DNA of 64,000 bases from Ruminococcaceae bacterium UBA3818 (GTDB taxonomy: Bacteria > Bacillota > Clostridia > Oscillospirales > Ruminococcaceae): NCBI GenBank assembly GCA_002369315.1, contig DFDW01000036.1, positions 12,928 to 76,927 of the forward strand, given 5' to 3'. Positions 18,243 through 28,630 of this stretch are shown here, in pieces. Position 1 is the first letter of the stretch. Every line of letters starts with the position of its first letter. The notes beneath the pieces are model-generated. The model worked only from the letters and a program-made list of their open reading frames with translations, was not told the DNA's origin and ran no database searches. Both the position numbers and the translations under genes were made by a program.

Positions 18243-18272
18243 AAAAAAGCCCGGCAGCAGCCGGGCTTTTTT
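18243..18272. terminator. Bidirectional terminator between luxS and msrA
   Basis: AAAAAAGCCCGGC agcag CCGGGCTTTTTT. Confidence 0.8.
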
Positions 18273-18795
18273 AATCCTGATAGCGGGACGGATCGACCGT
18301 TTTGACCCAGCGGATCAACTCCAACGGCACATGGCAGTAGCCGCCGGGATTTTTGTCCAGATATTTTTGATGGTATTCTTCCGCTTTCCAGAAGCTTTGC
18401 AAAGGGCAGGCCTCCACCGCCAACGGCTGACCGATTTTTTCTTCCAGCTCCAGCAGGGATTGCGCTATGATTGGTTGATCCGCAGGATCCGTATGATAAA
18501 CGCCGGTCCGGTACTGATGGCCTACGTCTTCCCCTTGCTGATCCACCGAGGTGGGATCGATGATTTTATAAAACAGTTTGAGCAAAACAGGCAGAGAAAG
18601 AACCTGTGGATCATACAGAACGCGGACGGTCTCGGCGTGACCGGTGTTTTCATACCGGACCTGCTGATAAGTCGGCGCATCCACATCGCCGTTGGCAAAA
18701 CCGACATCGGTTTGCAGTACACCTTTGATTTGGCTTATGTATTTCTCAACGCCCCAGTAGCACCCGCCGGCCAGATAGATTTCTTTCGTATCCAT
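18271..18795 (-). CDS. msrA: Peptide-methionine (S)-S-oxide reductase
   Basis: MDTKEIYLAGGCYWGVEKY (GCFWG-type active site). AAGGAGG RBS. Confidence 0.9.
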   Translation of the reverse strand: MDTKEIYLAGGCYWGVEKYISQIKGVLQTDVGFANGDVDAPTYQQVRYENTGHAETVRVLYDPQVLSLPVLLKLFYKIIDPTSVDQQGEDVGHQYRTGVYHTDPADQPIIAQSLLELEEKIGQPLAVEACPLQSFWKAEEYHQKYLDKNPGGYCHVPLELIRWVKTVDPSRYQD

Positions 18796-19099
18796 ACGTC
18801 CTCCTTGCAACGGCCCCGCTTGTTGCCGGACCGGAATCTGTGCTTATTATACCTGTGCGTGCCGTGATCTTGCAAGCGATTTTCGAAAAACCGCTGCCCG
18901 GAAAAAGATGCTGCTGTTTTCATGTGGACGTTTCAGATTGCTCCGAGGCCGGGAAAATATAACCCGATCAAAAGACGGATGCAGGGCAGAAGAATGGAAT
19001 CATATGCCAATCAAAATGCATTTTCTTTCCAGCATACGGATACGGGCCCCAAAATCTCTGCTTTTTCCTCTTTTTATGCGGGTATTTTCCCTATTTTTC

Positions 19100-19128
19100 T
19101 TGCTTTTTTAACAAATTCACGGTATAAA
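19100..19128 (+). promoter_or_regulatory. Candidate sigma-A promoter for the NRPS operon
   Basis: TTGCTT, 17 bp spacer, TATAAA, ~105 nt upstream of the proposed start. Confidence 0.35.
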
Positions 19129-19235
19129 TAAAGGTGGAACTTTATGTGTTTTGCGGAAATAACGGGAATGAACTTTTGAAACAGTGTTTCATCCGAAATA
19201 GGATGAGCATCTGTTTCAGGAGGGTGGAGGATATT

Positions 19236-22200
19236 GTGGCAGAGTGGATGCGTGAGGAAGAGATGTCTTTCCCTTTGTCCCAGAGCCAGAAAAACATCTG
19301 GGATTTGGAGAGAGCGTATTCCGGTACATCGATCAATCACATTACGACATCGGTACGAATTCAAGGGCAGTTTCGGCTGGATCTTCTGCAGGAAAGCATC
19401 CGGCTTCTCTTGGCGTCTGATTTATCGCTTCGTACCCGTATCCGCATGCAGGAAGGACAGCCGGTGCAATTGATTGCGCCGCTGGAGGAAGAACCTATCC
19501 CTGTATTCGACTTTTCCTTGTCGGGACAAGAAGGAGTAACAAGCTGGGCGCAGGCGCTGTCTAAGGAAGCCATGCCTGTTCTGGACGGAGCTTTGTGCCA
19601 TTTTTGGCTTTTTAAGATCGGAGAAAACGACGGCGGCGTATTGATAAAGCTGCACCATCTGATTTCTGATGGCTGGTCCCAGGTCCTTTTGTGCAACAAG
19701 CTGCAAAGGATTTATCTGGAGCTGCTGGCGGGGAATGAGCCGCAGCTGCAGCCTGCGCCGGAATACCGGCTGCATGTCGACGAGGAGCAGCAATATCTGC
19801 AAAGCGACGCCCGGCAAAAGGACGAGGCCTACTGGTCCGGCATACTGGGGCCCAATTGCGAGCCTGCCGCGCTTCGGCAGGTCCACAGCGCGGCGGTCAG
19901 CCCGGTGGGGGAACGCAAAAGATGCCTGTTGCCCAAAAACGTCAGCTATGCGATGATGCGATTTTGCGAACAGCAGAGGATCGCGCCTTTCGCTGTGTTT
20001 TACATGGCGCTTGCCATTTATTTGAAAAAAGCGGTCCGGTTGGAGAATCCGGTGATCGGCGTTCCGGTGTTCAACCGCTCCACCTTTACCGCAAAGCAAA
20101 CTACGGGGATGTTTGTCAGCACCCTTCCTTTCTGGTGCCCCTTGGATGAAACAAAGGGATTTTCCCAGTTCAGCGAGACGTTTACGGAGCATTGGTATGA
20201 TCTGCTGCGGCATCAGCGGCTGCCGTTTGAACAGATCCAGCGGCTGGCGGGCGAGAGAGGAATGGGAGCGGACCGCCTGTTTCAAATCGCGCTGTCTTAT
20301 CAGGATAGCCGGATTTTTACCCAGAAAAGCGATGAGGCCGCTTTTTCCGGCTGCTGGTATTACAGCGGATTTCAGGCAGAGCAGCTGTGCATTCACCTGA
20401 GCAATATGGATGGTGGCCGCCAGTTTTTGGTGGAGTATGACTATCTGACACAGATCTTTTCCGAACAGGAAATTGAGGTGCTGCACCAGTGCCTGACCCG
20501 GATTTTGGATGAGGCATTAAACAATCCCCAGAAGCCTTTGGCGGAATTGGGCATCCTGCCCCGTTCTTTGCAGGATCAGGTGCTGTACGCCTTTAACCAG
20601 ACGGAAAAGCCGCTGCCTGATTTTGACCTTTACGAAAAATTTGCCGCGCAGGTGCAGGCGCATCCGTTACGGTCGGCGGTGATTTTTGACGGACAGCGGA
20701 TCGATTATCAGAACCTGGAAAGCCAGGCCGCCCGTGTTGCCGCGGCACTGGAACATGTGTTGGGAGCACAGCCAAAAGAAGAACCGTTGATTGCCGTGCT
20801 TTTGCCCCGCACGCCGCATCTGTACGAGGCGATGATAGGGGCCATGCGCGCAGGTATGCCGTATTTGCTTCTCGCCTGCGATCTGCCTTCCGGGCGAATC
20901 CGTGAGATTTTATCCCAAAGCGGCGCACAAGCGCTTCTGAGTACGCCGCAGGTGCTGAAGACCCTGGGGTTGGAACCGGTACAGATTCCTTGTATCGATA
21001 TGGAAAATCTGCCGGAAGAAAAAGCGCCGGCGCGCCCTGCGCCGCCGGATTCTCTGGTCTATGTGGTTTATACATCCGGCAGCACAGGTACGCCCAAAGG
21101 GGTTGAAATCAGCCGCCGGAGCCTTTTGAATTTGTCCCAGGCCATGCACCCGGTGTATGCATCCGGCGCGATACTTTCGGTGTGTAGCGTGGGCTTTGAC
21201 GCATTTGTGCTGGAAAGCGCTGCCGCCATGCTGGATGGGCGGACGGTAGTGCTGCCGCAGGAGGAAGAACAGGAATCGCCTCAAAAACTGGCGGAATTGA
21301 TCCGCTCCTTTGGCGTGGGATTTTTGTCGTTGACACCGTCCCGGTTGTCGGCTTTTTTGCGGCAGCCGGATTTTGCTCGGGCAGTGCGTGGGCTGCGCAG
21401 CATTGTCTGCGGCGGCGAAGCGTTCCCGGCAAAACTGCTGCACCGCCTGCAGCAGTTGACCGACGCGCAGATTTATAACCAATACGGTCCTTCGGAAACG
21501 ACGGTGGCAGTCAGCATCAAGCGGTTAAACGAGGCAAAAACCATCACAGTAGGAAAACCGATGGATAACTGTCGGCTGTATGTGTTGGATCAGTGGATGC
21601 AGCCGCTTCCGGTGGGCGTATACGGAGATTTGTATGTGGGTGGTATGTGCGTGGGCCGCGGATACCGCGGCGCGCCGCAGCTGACCGAGCAGAGCTTTTT
21701 CCCCAGCCCCTTTGAAGCGGGCGAGCGGATTTATCGGACCGGTGACCTGGCCTGTTGGACGCAGGACGGCGAACTGCTTTTGGCGGGCCGGATTGACCGT
21801 CAGGTGAAGCTGCGCGGTTTGCGGATCGAACCGCAGGAAGTGGCGGCTCGCCTCGCCGCATATCCGGGGGTAAAAGCGGCGGCCGCAAAAATGCTTGAGC
21901 AAAACGGACAGGGGATCCTGGCCGCCTATTATACATCGGACAAACAGCTGCCGCAAAACGAATTGATGCGGTACATGGGCGAATACCTGCCGCGGTATAT
22001 GGTCCCTTCTTATATCATCCGATTGGAGGAACTTCCTTATACTGCCAGCGGAAAGGTGGATGAAAACCGTCTGCCTGCGCCCCAAATGGAAGAAGAAGGC
22101 TCCTTGCCCAGAACCCAGCGGGAGCAGGAACTGCTGGATATCCTCCGGCGGGCGCTGTCCCAGCCTTCGCTGGGGGCGGACAGCGACTATTTCCTGCATG

Positions 22201-25200
22201 GAGGCAACTCGCTGAACGCCATGGAGGTCATTGGAGAGATCGCCAAAAAAACAGGAAAAAGCATGCGGATCTCGGATTTGTATGTCTGTCGGACGGCGCG
22301 AAGAATTGCTGCTTTCCTGGATGGAGAGCAAGAAGAAACAACAGCGCAGGTATGGATGGAAAAAGCGCCGCCGTGCGACAGCTATCCTGTTTCGCCGGTG
22401 CAGCAGAGCATTTATGTGCAGTCCTGCCGCGAAGAAATCGGCTATGCGTACCACATGCCCGGCGCGTTTGCCTTTTCTGCGCATCCTGATATTCTTCGCC
22501 TGCAGCAAGCGTTCCAGGAGCTGGTTGACCGGGAAGAAATCCTGCGGACATCTTTCCACATGGAAGAGGGCGGGCTGCGCTGCCGTGTCGCCGGGCGGGT
22601 TGCGTTTGACCTGCCTTTGTTGGAAGCCGCTTCGCTGGAGGAAGCGGCCGGCCGTTTCCTGCGCCCGTTTGACCTTGGAAAGGCGCCTCTTTTGCGGGCG
22701 GCGCTTTGGACGGACGAATCGAACCGCTGGTATCTGCTGGTCGACAGCCATCATATCATCGGCGACGGGCTGAGTACGCCGTTGATATTGGAACGGCTGA
22801 ATCTTCTGTATCAGGGGAAAGACCCTCAGATCCCGCAAATGCACTATATCGATTGGACCTATCATCATGCCGGGGAGAAAACATCTCTGCCGGAAGACCG
22901 CCGGTATTGGGGAGAACTGTTATCGCCTTTGCCGGAAGGTCTGGAACTTCCTACCGACTGTCCGCGCCCGCCGGTCTTTGATTTCAAAGGCGGACAGGTG
23001 AAATTTGTGCTGCCTGCACCGTTTAGCGAGGAGTGCGAAAATTTCTGCCGGCAAAAGGGCATTACCCCTTTCATGTTGTTTGTGGCAGCTTACGGCGTAC
23101 TGCTGTCTGCTGTCAGCGGTAAGCAGGATCTGCTGATCGGAACGCCGGTTTCGGGACGTTTGCATCCGCAGCTTCAAAAAATCTGCGGGCCGTTTTTGAA
23201 TACATTGCCGCTGCGGCTGACATTGTCGGAACAGATGCCTTTGCATGCTTTTTGGGAGCAGGTTCGCCGGCAAACGGCGGATTTGCTGGACCATCAGGCC
23301 ATGCCGCTGGAAGAACTGGTGTCGATGCTGGAACTTCCGCGCAGCCTGGCGCAGAACACGCTGTATCAGGCGATGTTTTCCCTGCGCCCTTTGCGGTCCG
23401 ACCGCTTCACCTGGGACGGGCAGGCGCTTTCTTATCACCCGATTCCCACCGGCAGCGCCAAGCTGGATCTGAGCTTGGAAGCCGCCCGGGAAGAGGACGG
23501 ATACCACTTTGTTTTCGAATATGCGTCGAGCCTGTTTGCGCCGCAGACCATTGATTTGTACGCCAGAAGCTATGAAACCATTCTGCGCGCAATGGTGCAG
23601 GGCGCTGCCGAAACGGTGGACGCGCTGCCGAAGCTTTCAGCCCGGGATCGGATGACCTATTGGGAGGAACCCAATCTTTTATCCTCTCCGTATTTGAACC
23701 TGCCGGTACACCGGATGATTGAAAACCGCGCGTTGCTCACCCCGGACGCGATTGCTTATACTTGCCGGGAGCAGTCTGTCACCTATCGTCAGCTGATGGA
23801 GCGGGCCAGGCGGATCGCTGCCTTGCTGACCCGGGCCGGCGCTGCCAAGGGAGACCGGATTGGACTCTGCTGCCGCCGGGAAGAGGGCATTTTCGAAGGT
23901 CTGCTGGGCATTTTGCTTGCGGGCTGCGCGTATGTACCTTTTTTGGAATCGTATCCGGTAAAACGGATTTCTTATATGATGCAGACCGCCGGAGCGAAGA
24001 TCGTTTTGTGCGGGGAATCGGCATGGGACAAACTGTCGGCGGGAAATCTGCCCTGCCGCTGCGTCCGGATGAATTTTAGCGAAGACGCGCCATATCTGCC
24101 CTGCGAAACCGGCGGGGAAGATCTGATGTATGTGCTGTACACCTCCGGCTCCACCGGTCAGCCAAAAGGCGTGATGTTGCGCCATCGGGCACTGTCGAAT
24201 TTGTATGGCAGCATGAAAGAATGGATGGCCGGGCTGGATGGGCCTATCCTCTGCACCACCAACGTGGTGTTTGACACGTTTATCACCGAGAGCCTGCTGC
24301 CGCTGGCCATGGGAATCCCCGTAGTGCTGGCGGATGACGAGCAGATGCTTTTGCCCTGGGAAATTGCGGAGCTGATGAAGCAGTATGCTGTGCGGATGAT
24401 GCAGTTTACCCCCTCCCGTTTGCGGCTTTGCCTGGGCAGCGACGCGTTCTGCGCCGCCGCGCCCGGCTTGGACCGGATCATCCTGGTGGGCGAAACGGTA
24501 AGCGAAGGGCTGTTCCGGGATTTTCGTACCGTCAGCCAAGCGAAAGTACTGAACATGTATGGGCCGACTGAGGCAGCGGTTTATGTAACCGCCGCAGAAT
24601 TGCAGGACGGTGTTCCGGTCCACATTGGCAAACCGCTGCGCAACTGCCGCGTTTATGTGCTGGATGAAAACCGCAGACCGGTCCTGCCCAGCGCACACGG
24701 CGAGCTGTATCTGGCGGGCGACTGCCTGGCAGACGGCTACATCGGCCGGGAGGATCTGACCGCCCAGGCGTTTTTGCCGGACCCGTTTTTCCCCGGAGAA
24801 AAAATGTATCAAAGCGGCGATATCGGCCGCTTGCGCTCAGACGGCAATTTTGATTTTCTGGGGCGTCGGGACGCGCAGGTCAAGATCAACGGCCAACGGG
24901 TAGAGCTGGATGAGATCAGCGAAGCAATTTTGAAGGTCGAACCCATATCCGAAGCGGCGGTACTGCCCTTGAAAAAAGCGGACGGCTCCTCCGAATTACT
25001 GGCCTTTTTCACCTGTGACGGCGAAAACCCGCCCAGCAGCGCGCAGATCAGAGAACGGCTGCAAGAACAGCTGCCCGGCTATATGGTCCCGGCTTCTTAT
25101 CATCGCCTGCCGCAAATGCCCTACACGGCCAGCGGCAAGCTGGATTTGCCGCGGTTGCGGCAGTTGGCGCAGCCGTCCGAACAGGTGGGTTTGGCCGGAG

Positions 25201-26732
25201 AAGAACAAGAACAGAGCCCGCTGAAACCGGCGGGGGAACAGAAAATACAAAAATCGGCGAGCTTGCCGCAGGGCAAACCGGTCGATGCACAGCGAGAACA
25301 GGCACATTCCGGCGAATCCCTCCAGGCGGATGCGCCAAAAGAAAGCCCTGCCGCTGAAAAACCAAGCCAGAACCCGACCGGCGAAAGGGAGCTGCTTCAG
25401 ATTTGGCAGCAGGTGCTGGGCTGCGGTGATCTGCAGCCGGACCGTTCTTTCTTTGAGCAGGGCGGCAGTTCCCTGGCCGCGCTCAATGTGCTCAGCCGCT
25501 ATTTCAACAAAGGATATGCCCTGACGCTGACGCAGTTTTATGCACATCCGACTGCACGGGAGCAGGCCGCATTGTTAAGCGGAGCAGATCAAGCGGGACA
25601 TCATACACCGCTGTCCGTTCGGAAAGAGACGGCCCCGTCCGGCAAAAAGGCCGAATGGCCGCTGGAGGCGGTACTGCTGACCGGCGCGACGGGATTTTTG
25701 GGCACGCATTTGCTGGCGGCGCTGCTGCGGGCCGGCGCGTCCAGGGTGATTTGCCTGATGCGGGACGGCAGCGGCGCGCGGCTGCTGCAGACTCTGTGCG
25801 ATTATTTTGGCTATGGATGGATACAGGAAAATACCTCAAAAATAGAAATCGTCCGCGGGGATGTGACGCTTCCGGGCCTTGGCATGGCGCCGGAAGATTA
25901 TGAATCTCTGGCGGCAGACGTGCGGGATGTGTACCACAGCGCGGCGGATGTGCGCCATTATGCGGCGGATGAAAAGACGTCGCTGGCGGTTAATTTAGGC
26001 GGTACAGAGCAGATGATAGCCTTCGCGAAAAAGGCCAAAGCCCGCCTGCACCACATCTCTACCGCCAGTGTAAGCGGAGAGTACTTGCCGGATTTGCCGG
26101 AATCCTCCGTACAGTTCGATGAGGATGATTTGGATATCGGGCAGAACTGGCAGGATAACGTATATGTAAAGTCCAAATTCCTGGCAGAGCAGCAGATTCA
26201 GCAGGCTGTCCGCAGCGGCCTGGATGCCCGGGTCTACCGGGTAGGCCGGCTGGTGGGGCGTGCCAGCGACGGAATGTTCCAGAAAAATCCGGAGAAAAAT
26301 GCGTTTTTCCTGCTTTTGCAAAGCGTGGCGGCTTTGGGCGCATTGCCGGTTTCCATGGCGGCAGCGCCGGTGGATCTGACGCCGGTGGATGTCTGCGCCG
26401 GGGAAATCGTCGCCCTGCGGGACAGCGGCGGCACGGTCTGGCATTTGCTGGGGCGAACCTATCCGCTGGAAGAAGCGGCCCGGGCGATTTGTCCGCATCT
26501 GACTGTTGTGCCGGATGAAGCATTTCCCGGTATTTTGGCAAAAGGGTTGGAAGAAAAAGGTCCGGCAGCGCTGTCGGCCCTTGTGGACTTGTGGAATCGT
26601 GTCTGTGCAGGACCCGCGATTCGTATTCGGGTAAGCGACGTAAAAACCCGGCGGCAGTTAGCCGCGCTGGGGGTTTCACGGATACAGGCAGAGCCTTCGG
26701 TTTTGCTTCGCGCATTTTGGCAGGATCGGTAA
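19236..26732 (+). CDS. Bimodular non-ribosomal peptide synthetase with terminal thioester reductase (C-A-T-C-A-T-R)
   Basis: Motifs in order. C1: HHLISDGWS. A1: YTSGSTGTPKG, YRTGD, GRIDRQVKLRG, PYTASGKVD. T1: LHGGNSLNAME. C2: HHIIGDGLS. A2: YTSGSTGQPKG, YQSGD, GRRDAQVKINGQR, PYTASGKLD. T2: FFEQGGSSLAAL. R: LLTGATGFLGTHL. Start is uncertain: GTG 19236 behind GGAGG, with in-frame ATGs at 19248 and 19263. Confidence 0.92.
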   Translation: MAEWMREEEMSFPLSQSQKNIWDLERAYSGTSINHITTSVRIQGQFRLDLLQESIRLLLASDLSLRTRIRMQEGQPVQLIAPLEEEPIPVFDFSLSGQEGVTSWAQALSKEAMPVLDGALCHFWLFKIGENDGGVLIKLHHLISDGWSQVLLCNKLQRIYLELLAGNEPQLQPAPEYRLHVDEEQQYLQSDARQKDEAYWSGILGPNCEPAALRQVHSAAVSPVGERKRCLLPKNVSYAMMRFCEQQRIAPFAVFYMALAIYLKKAVRLENPVIGVPVFNRSTFTAKQTTGMFVSTLPFWCPLDETKGFSQFSETFTEHWYDLLRHQRLPFEQIQRLAGERGMGADRLFQIALSYQDSRIFTQKSDEAAFSGCWYYSGFQAEQLCIHLSNMDGGRQFLVEYDYLTQIFSEQEIEVLHQCLTRILDEALNNPQKPLAELGILPRSLQDQVLYAFNQTEKPLPDFDLYEKFAAQVQAHPLRSAVIFDGQRIDYQNLESQAARVAAALEHVLGAQPKEEPLIAVLLPRTPHLYEAMIGAMRAGMPYLLLACDLPSGRIREILSQSGAQALLSTPQVLKTLGLEPVQIPCIDMENLPEEKAPARPAPPDSLVYVVYTSGSTGTPKGVEISRRSLLNLSQAMHPVYASGAILSVCSVGFDAFVLESAAAMLDGRTVVLPQEEEQESPQKLAELIRSFGVGFLSLTPSRLSAFLRQPDFARAVRGLRSIVCGGEAFPAKLLHRLQQLTDAQIYNQYGPSETTVAVSIKRLNEAKTITVGKPMDNCRLYVLDQWMQPLPVGVYGDLYVGGMCVGRGYRGAPQLTEQSFFPSPFEAGERIYRTGDLACWTQDGELLLAGRIDRQVKLRGLRIEPQEVAARLAAYPGVKAAAAKMLEQNGQGILAAYYTSDKQLPQNELMRYMGEYLPRYMVPSYIIRLEELPYTASGKVDENRLPAPQMEEEGSLPRTQREQELLDILRRALSQPSLGADSDYFLHGGNSLNAMEVIGEIAKKTGKSMRISDLYVCRTARRIAAFLDGEQEETTAQVWMEKAPPCDSYPVSPVQQSIYVQSCREEIGYAYHMPGAFAFSAHPDILRLQQAFQELVDREEILRTSFHMEEGGLRCRVAGRVAFDLPLLEAASLEEAAGRFLRPFDLGKAPLLRAALWTDESNRWYLLVDSHHIIGDGLSTPLILERLNLLYQGKDPQIPQMHYIDWTYHHAGEKTSLPEDRRYWGELLSPLPEGLELPTDCPRPPVFDFKGGQVKFVLPAPFSEECENFCRQKGITPFMLFVAAYGVLLSAVSGKQDLLIGTPVSGRLHPQLQKICGPFLNTLPLRLTLSEQMPLHAFWEQVRRQTADLLDHQAMPLEELVSMLELPRSLAQNTLYQAMFSLRPLRSDRFTWDGQALSYHPIPTGSAKLDLSLEAAREEDGYHFVFEYASSLFAPQTIDLYARSYETILRAMVQGAAETVDALPKLSARDRMTYWEEPNLLSSPYLNLPVHRMIENRALLTPDAIAYTCREQSVTYRQLMERARRIAALLTRAGAAKGDRIGLCCRREEGIFEGLLGILLAGCAYVPFLESYPVKRISYMMQTAGAKIVLCGESAWDKLSAGNLPCRCVRMNFSEDAPYLPCETGGEDLMYVLYTSGSTGQPKGVMLRHRALSNLYGSMKEWMAGLDGPILCTTNVVFDTFITESLLPLAMGIPVVLADDEQMLLPWEIAELMKQYAVRMMQFTPSRLRLCLGSDAFCAAAPGLDRIILVGETVSEGLFRDFRTVSQAKVLNMYGPTEAAVYVTAAELQDGVPVHIGKPLRNCRVYVLDENRRPVLPSAHGELYLAGDCLADGYIGREDLTAQAFLPDPFFPGEKMYQSGDIGRLRSDGNFDFLGRRDAQVKINGQRVELDEISEAILKVEPISEAAVLPLKKADGSSELLAFFTCDGENPPSSAQIRERLQEQLPGYMVPASYHRLPQMPYTASGKLDLPRLRQLAQPSEQVGLAGEEQEQSPLKPAGEQKIQKSASLPQGKPVDAQREQAHSGESLQADAPKESPAAEKPSQNPTGERELLQIWQQVLGCGDLQPDRSFFEQGGSSLAALNVLSRYFNKGYALTLTQFYAHPTAREQAALLSGADQAGHHTPLSVRKETAPSGKKAEWPLEAVLLTGATGFLGTHLLAALLRAGASRVICLMRDGSGARLLQTLCDYFGYGWIQENTSKIEIVRGDVTLPGLGMAPEDYESLAADVRDVYHSAADVRHYAADEKTSLAVNLGGTEQMIAFAKKAKARLHHISTASVSGEYLPDLPESSVQFDEDDLDIGQNWQDNVYVKSKFLAEQQIQQAVRSGLDARVYRVGRLVGRASDGMFQKNPEKNAFFLLLQSVAALGALPVSMAAAPVDLTPVDVCAGEIVALRDSGGTVWHLLGRTYPLEEAARAICPHLTVVPDEAFPGILAKGLEEKGPAALSALVDLWNRVCAGPAIRIRVSDVKTRRQLAALGVSRIQAEPSVLLRAFWQDR

Positions 26733-26746
26733 AGGGGGAAAAAAGA

Positions 26747-28630
26747 ATGATTTCCGATTGGGTGGCAACGGTATTTACTGTTATTCTGGTGGCGATAGCG
26801 CTTTTCATTATCTGGAGTCTGAAGATGCGCTATCTTCCGCTGATCCACAAATTATATTTGGGAATCGCGATCTCATTTGGCATTTGGCTGGCGGCACTTT
26901 TGTGTATGAAATACACCGATCCGGCCAACATGAAAATGCTTTGGATATGGGACTCTTTTACCTATATCGGCGTCGCGTTTTCTCCGGCGTTCACCCTTTG
27001 CATCGCTTTGGTATTCACCAAAGGCTGGGAGCGGATGCGCCCTTTGGGATGGGCCACCTTTATCGTGCCGGTGCTGACGAATATCATTGTTTGGACCAAC
27101 CCGATTCATCATCTGCAGTACCGGGTGTTTTCGGTAGTCAAAAGCGAGATCGTGTTCGGCCCTTATATTTATCTTTCCGGCATCTATACCTATTTTTGCC
27201 TGATTGCCGGCATGATCCTGATGATCAGCTTTGCAATCAAAAATGACAGCCGTTTGTATTTAAAGCAATGCGTTCTTTTCTCCCTTGGCGGTCTCGTCCC
27301 CCTGGTAGTCAGCTCGCTTGCGACTTTCGGACCGGCCAGCATTCCAATCACGGCCACGCCCTTGAGCTTCGTGGCAACGGTTGCCTGCAACGGAATCGCC
27401 ATTTACCAGCTGCACCTGCTGGACATCAAGCCAATCGCGACGCAGCATATTCTGGACTGGATTACCGATTGCTATCTGGTGCTCAGTGACGAAGGGCTGG
27501 TCATTACATACAATAAGCCTTTTGAGGAGATTTTTGCCTCCCGTTTTGGCATTTCGGAAAATCATTACCTGTCCGAAAGCGTGCAGGAAGAGGATGTGGA
27601 GAAAAAAAAGGCGGTCTACAATCTGCTGACCGCCATCGAGTCCTGCCGGCAAAGCGAATCCGCCGTCTCCTATGAACAGGCGGTAGGCGTTTATGAAGGG
27701 GACATGTATAAAAAGAATTACTACATTACCGATGTAACGCCGTTAAACATTCACGAAAAGCTTTCCGGCTTCGTGGTCATTTACAAAGACATCACACAGC
27801 TGAAAAAGAGCATGCAGCAGCTGCAGGACAGCCAGACGAGGATGATGGAACAAGAGCGTATGGCTTTTTTGGGACAGATGATGGGCGGCGTGGCGCACAA
27901 CCTGAAAACGCCGATCATGAGCATATCCGGGTGTATTTCCGCCGTGGAAGATCTGGTGGAGGAATGTGCCAGCAGCTTGGGCGACGAAGAGGTAACGGCG
28001 GACGATTACCGGGAGATTTACGCAGAGATGGGCGAATGGTTCCAGCGAATCCGTGAGGCGACCGCTTATATGTCGGACATCATTACAGCGATCAAAGGGC
28101 AGGCTACAACGGCAAATCTTTCTGAGTCGACCGCCTTTACGATTGACGAACTGGTCGGCCGTTCACGGCTTCTGATGCGCCATGAACTGCAAAGCGGCAA
28201 CTGCACGCTGGAGGTGGAAGGCGAAGAGAAAAGCCGGGACATTGTTTTGCACGGGGATATCAACAATCTGGTCCAGGTGCTGAACAACCTGCTGTCCAAC
28301 GCGATCTATGCGCAGAAGCAGTCCGGCGGCGGCGTGATTACAATCGGCATTAAGCAGGATGGAGATTTCCTGAAAATTTATGTCAAAGACACCGGGCCGG
28401 GTGTTAAGCCGCAGGTGAAAAGGCGTTTGTTCAAAGAAATGATCACCAGCAAAGGAACGATGGGTACCGGGCTGGGACTGTATATTTCCAACACCGTGGT
28501 CCGCGGAAAATTCGGCGGAAGCATGTGGGCGGAAGACAATCCGGGCGGCGGCGCGATTTTTGGCATGTCAATTCCCTTATCCGCTGTTTCGGAAGCGCAA
28601 TTCAATGAGAAAGGAGGGAGCAGACAATGA
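26747..28630 (+). CDS. Sensor histidine kinase with N-terminal 7TM sensor module
   Basis: About seven hydrophobic helices. H-box FLGQMMGGVAHNLKTPIMSISG. ATPase motifs NLLSNAIYA, DTGPGV, GTGLGLYIS. ATG lies 14 nt after the NRPS stop. Confidence 0.85.
   Translation: MISDWVATVFTVILVAIALFIIWSLKMRYLPLIHKLYLGIAISFGIWLAALLCMKYTDPANMKMLWIWDSFTYIGVAFSPAFTLCIALVFTKGWERMRPLGWATFIVPVLTNIIVWTNPIHHLQYRVFSVVKSEIVFGPYIYLSGIYTYFCLIAGMILMISFAIKNDSRLYLKQCVLFSLGGLVPLVVSSLATFGPASIPITATPLSFVATVACNGIAIYQLHLLDIKPIATQHILDWITDCYLVLSDEGLVITYNKPFEEIFASRFGISENHYLSESVQEEDVEKKKAVYNLLTAIESCRQSESAVSYEQAVGVYEGDMYKKNYYITDVTPLNIHEKLSGFVVIYKDITQLKKSMQQLQDSQTRMMEQERMAFLGQMMGGVAHNLKTPIMSISGCISAVEDLVEECASSLGDEEVTADDYREIYAEMGEWFQRIREATAYMSDIITAIKGQATTANLSESTAFTIDELVGRSRLLMRHELQSGNCTLEVEGEEKSRDIVLHGDINNLVQVLNNLLSNAIYAQKQSGGGVITIGIKQDGDFLKIYVKDTGPGVKPQVKRRLFKEMITSKGTMGTGLGLYISNTVVRGKFGGSMWAEDNPGGGAIFGMSIPLSAVSEAQFNEKGGSRQ

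Noticed and set aside
19129-19235. c-di-GMP (GEMM) riboswitch in the NRPS leader, considered because of the HD-GYP regulator
   Set aside because: No ACGCACAGGGCAAACC / GGGACGCAAAGCC-like elements are present. There is only a small hairpin.
19422-24812. Long minus-strand ORFs inside the NRPS gene (19422..20486, 20910..21482, 21525..22868, 22920..23507, 23679..24812)
   Set aside because: These are antisense shadow ORFs of a GC-rich coding region. The translations are R/Q/P/G-rich and low in complexity, with no motifs. The plus strand has an unbroken NRPS motif series.
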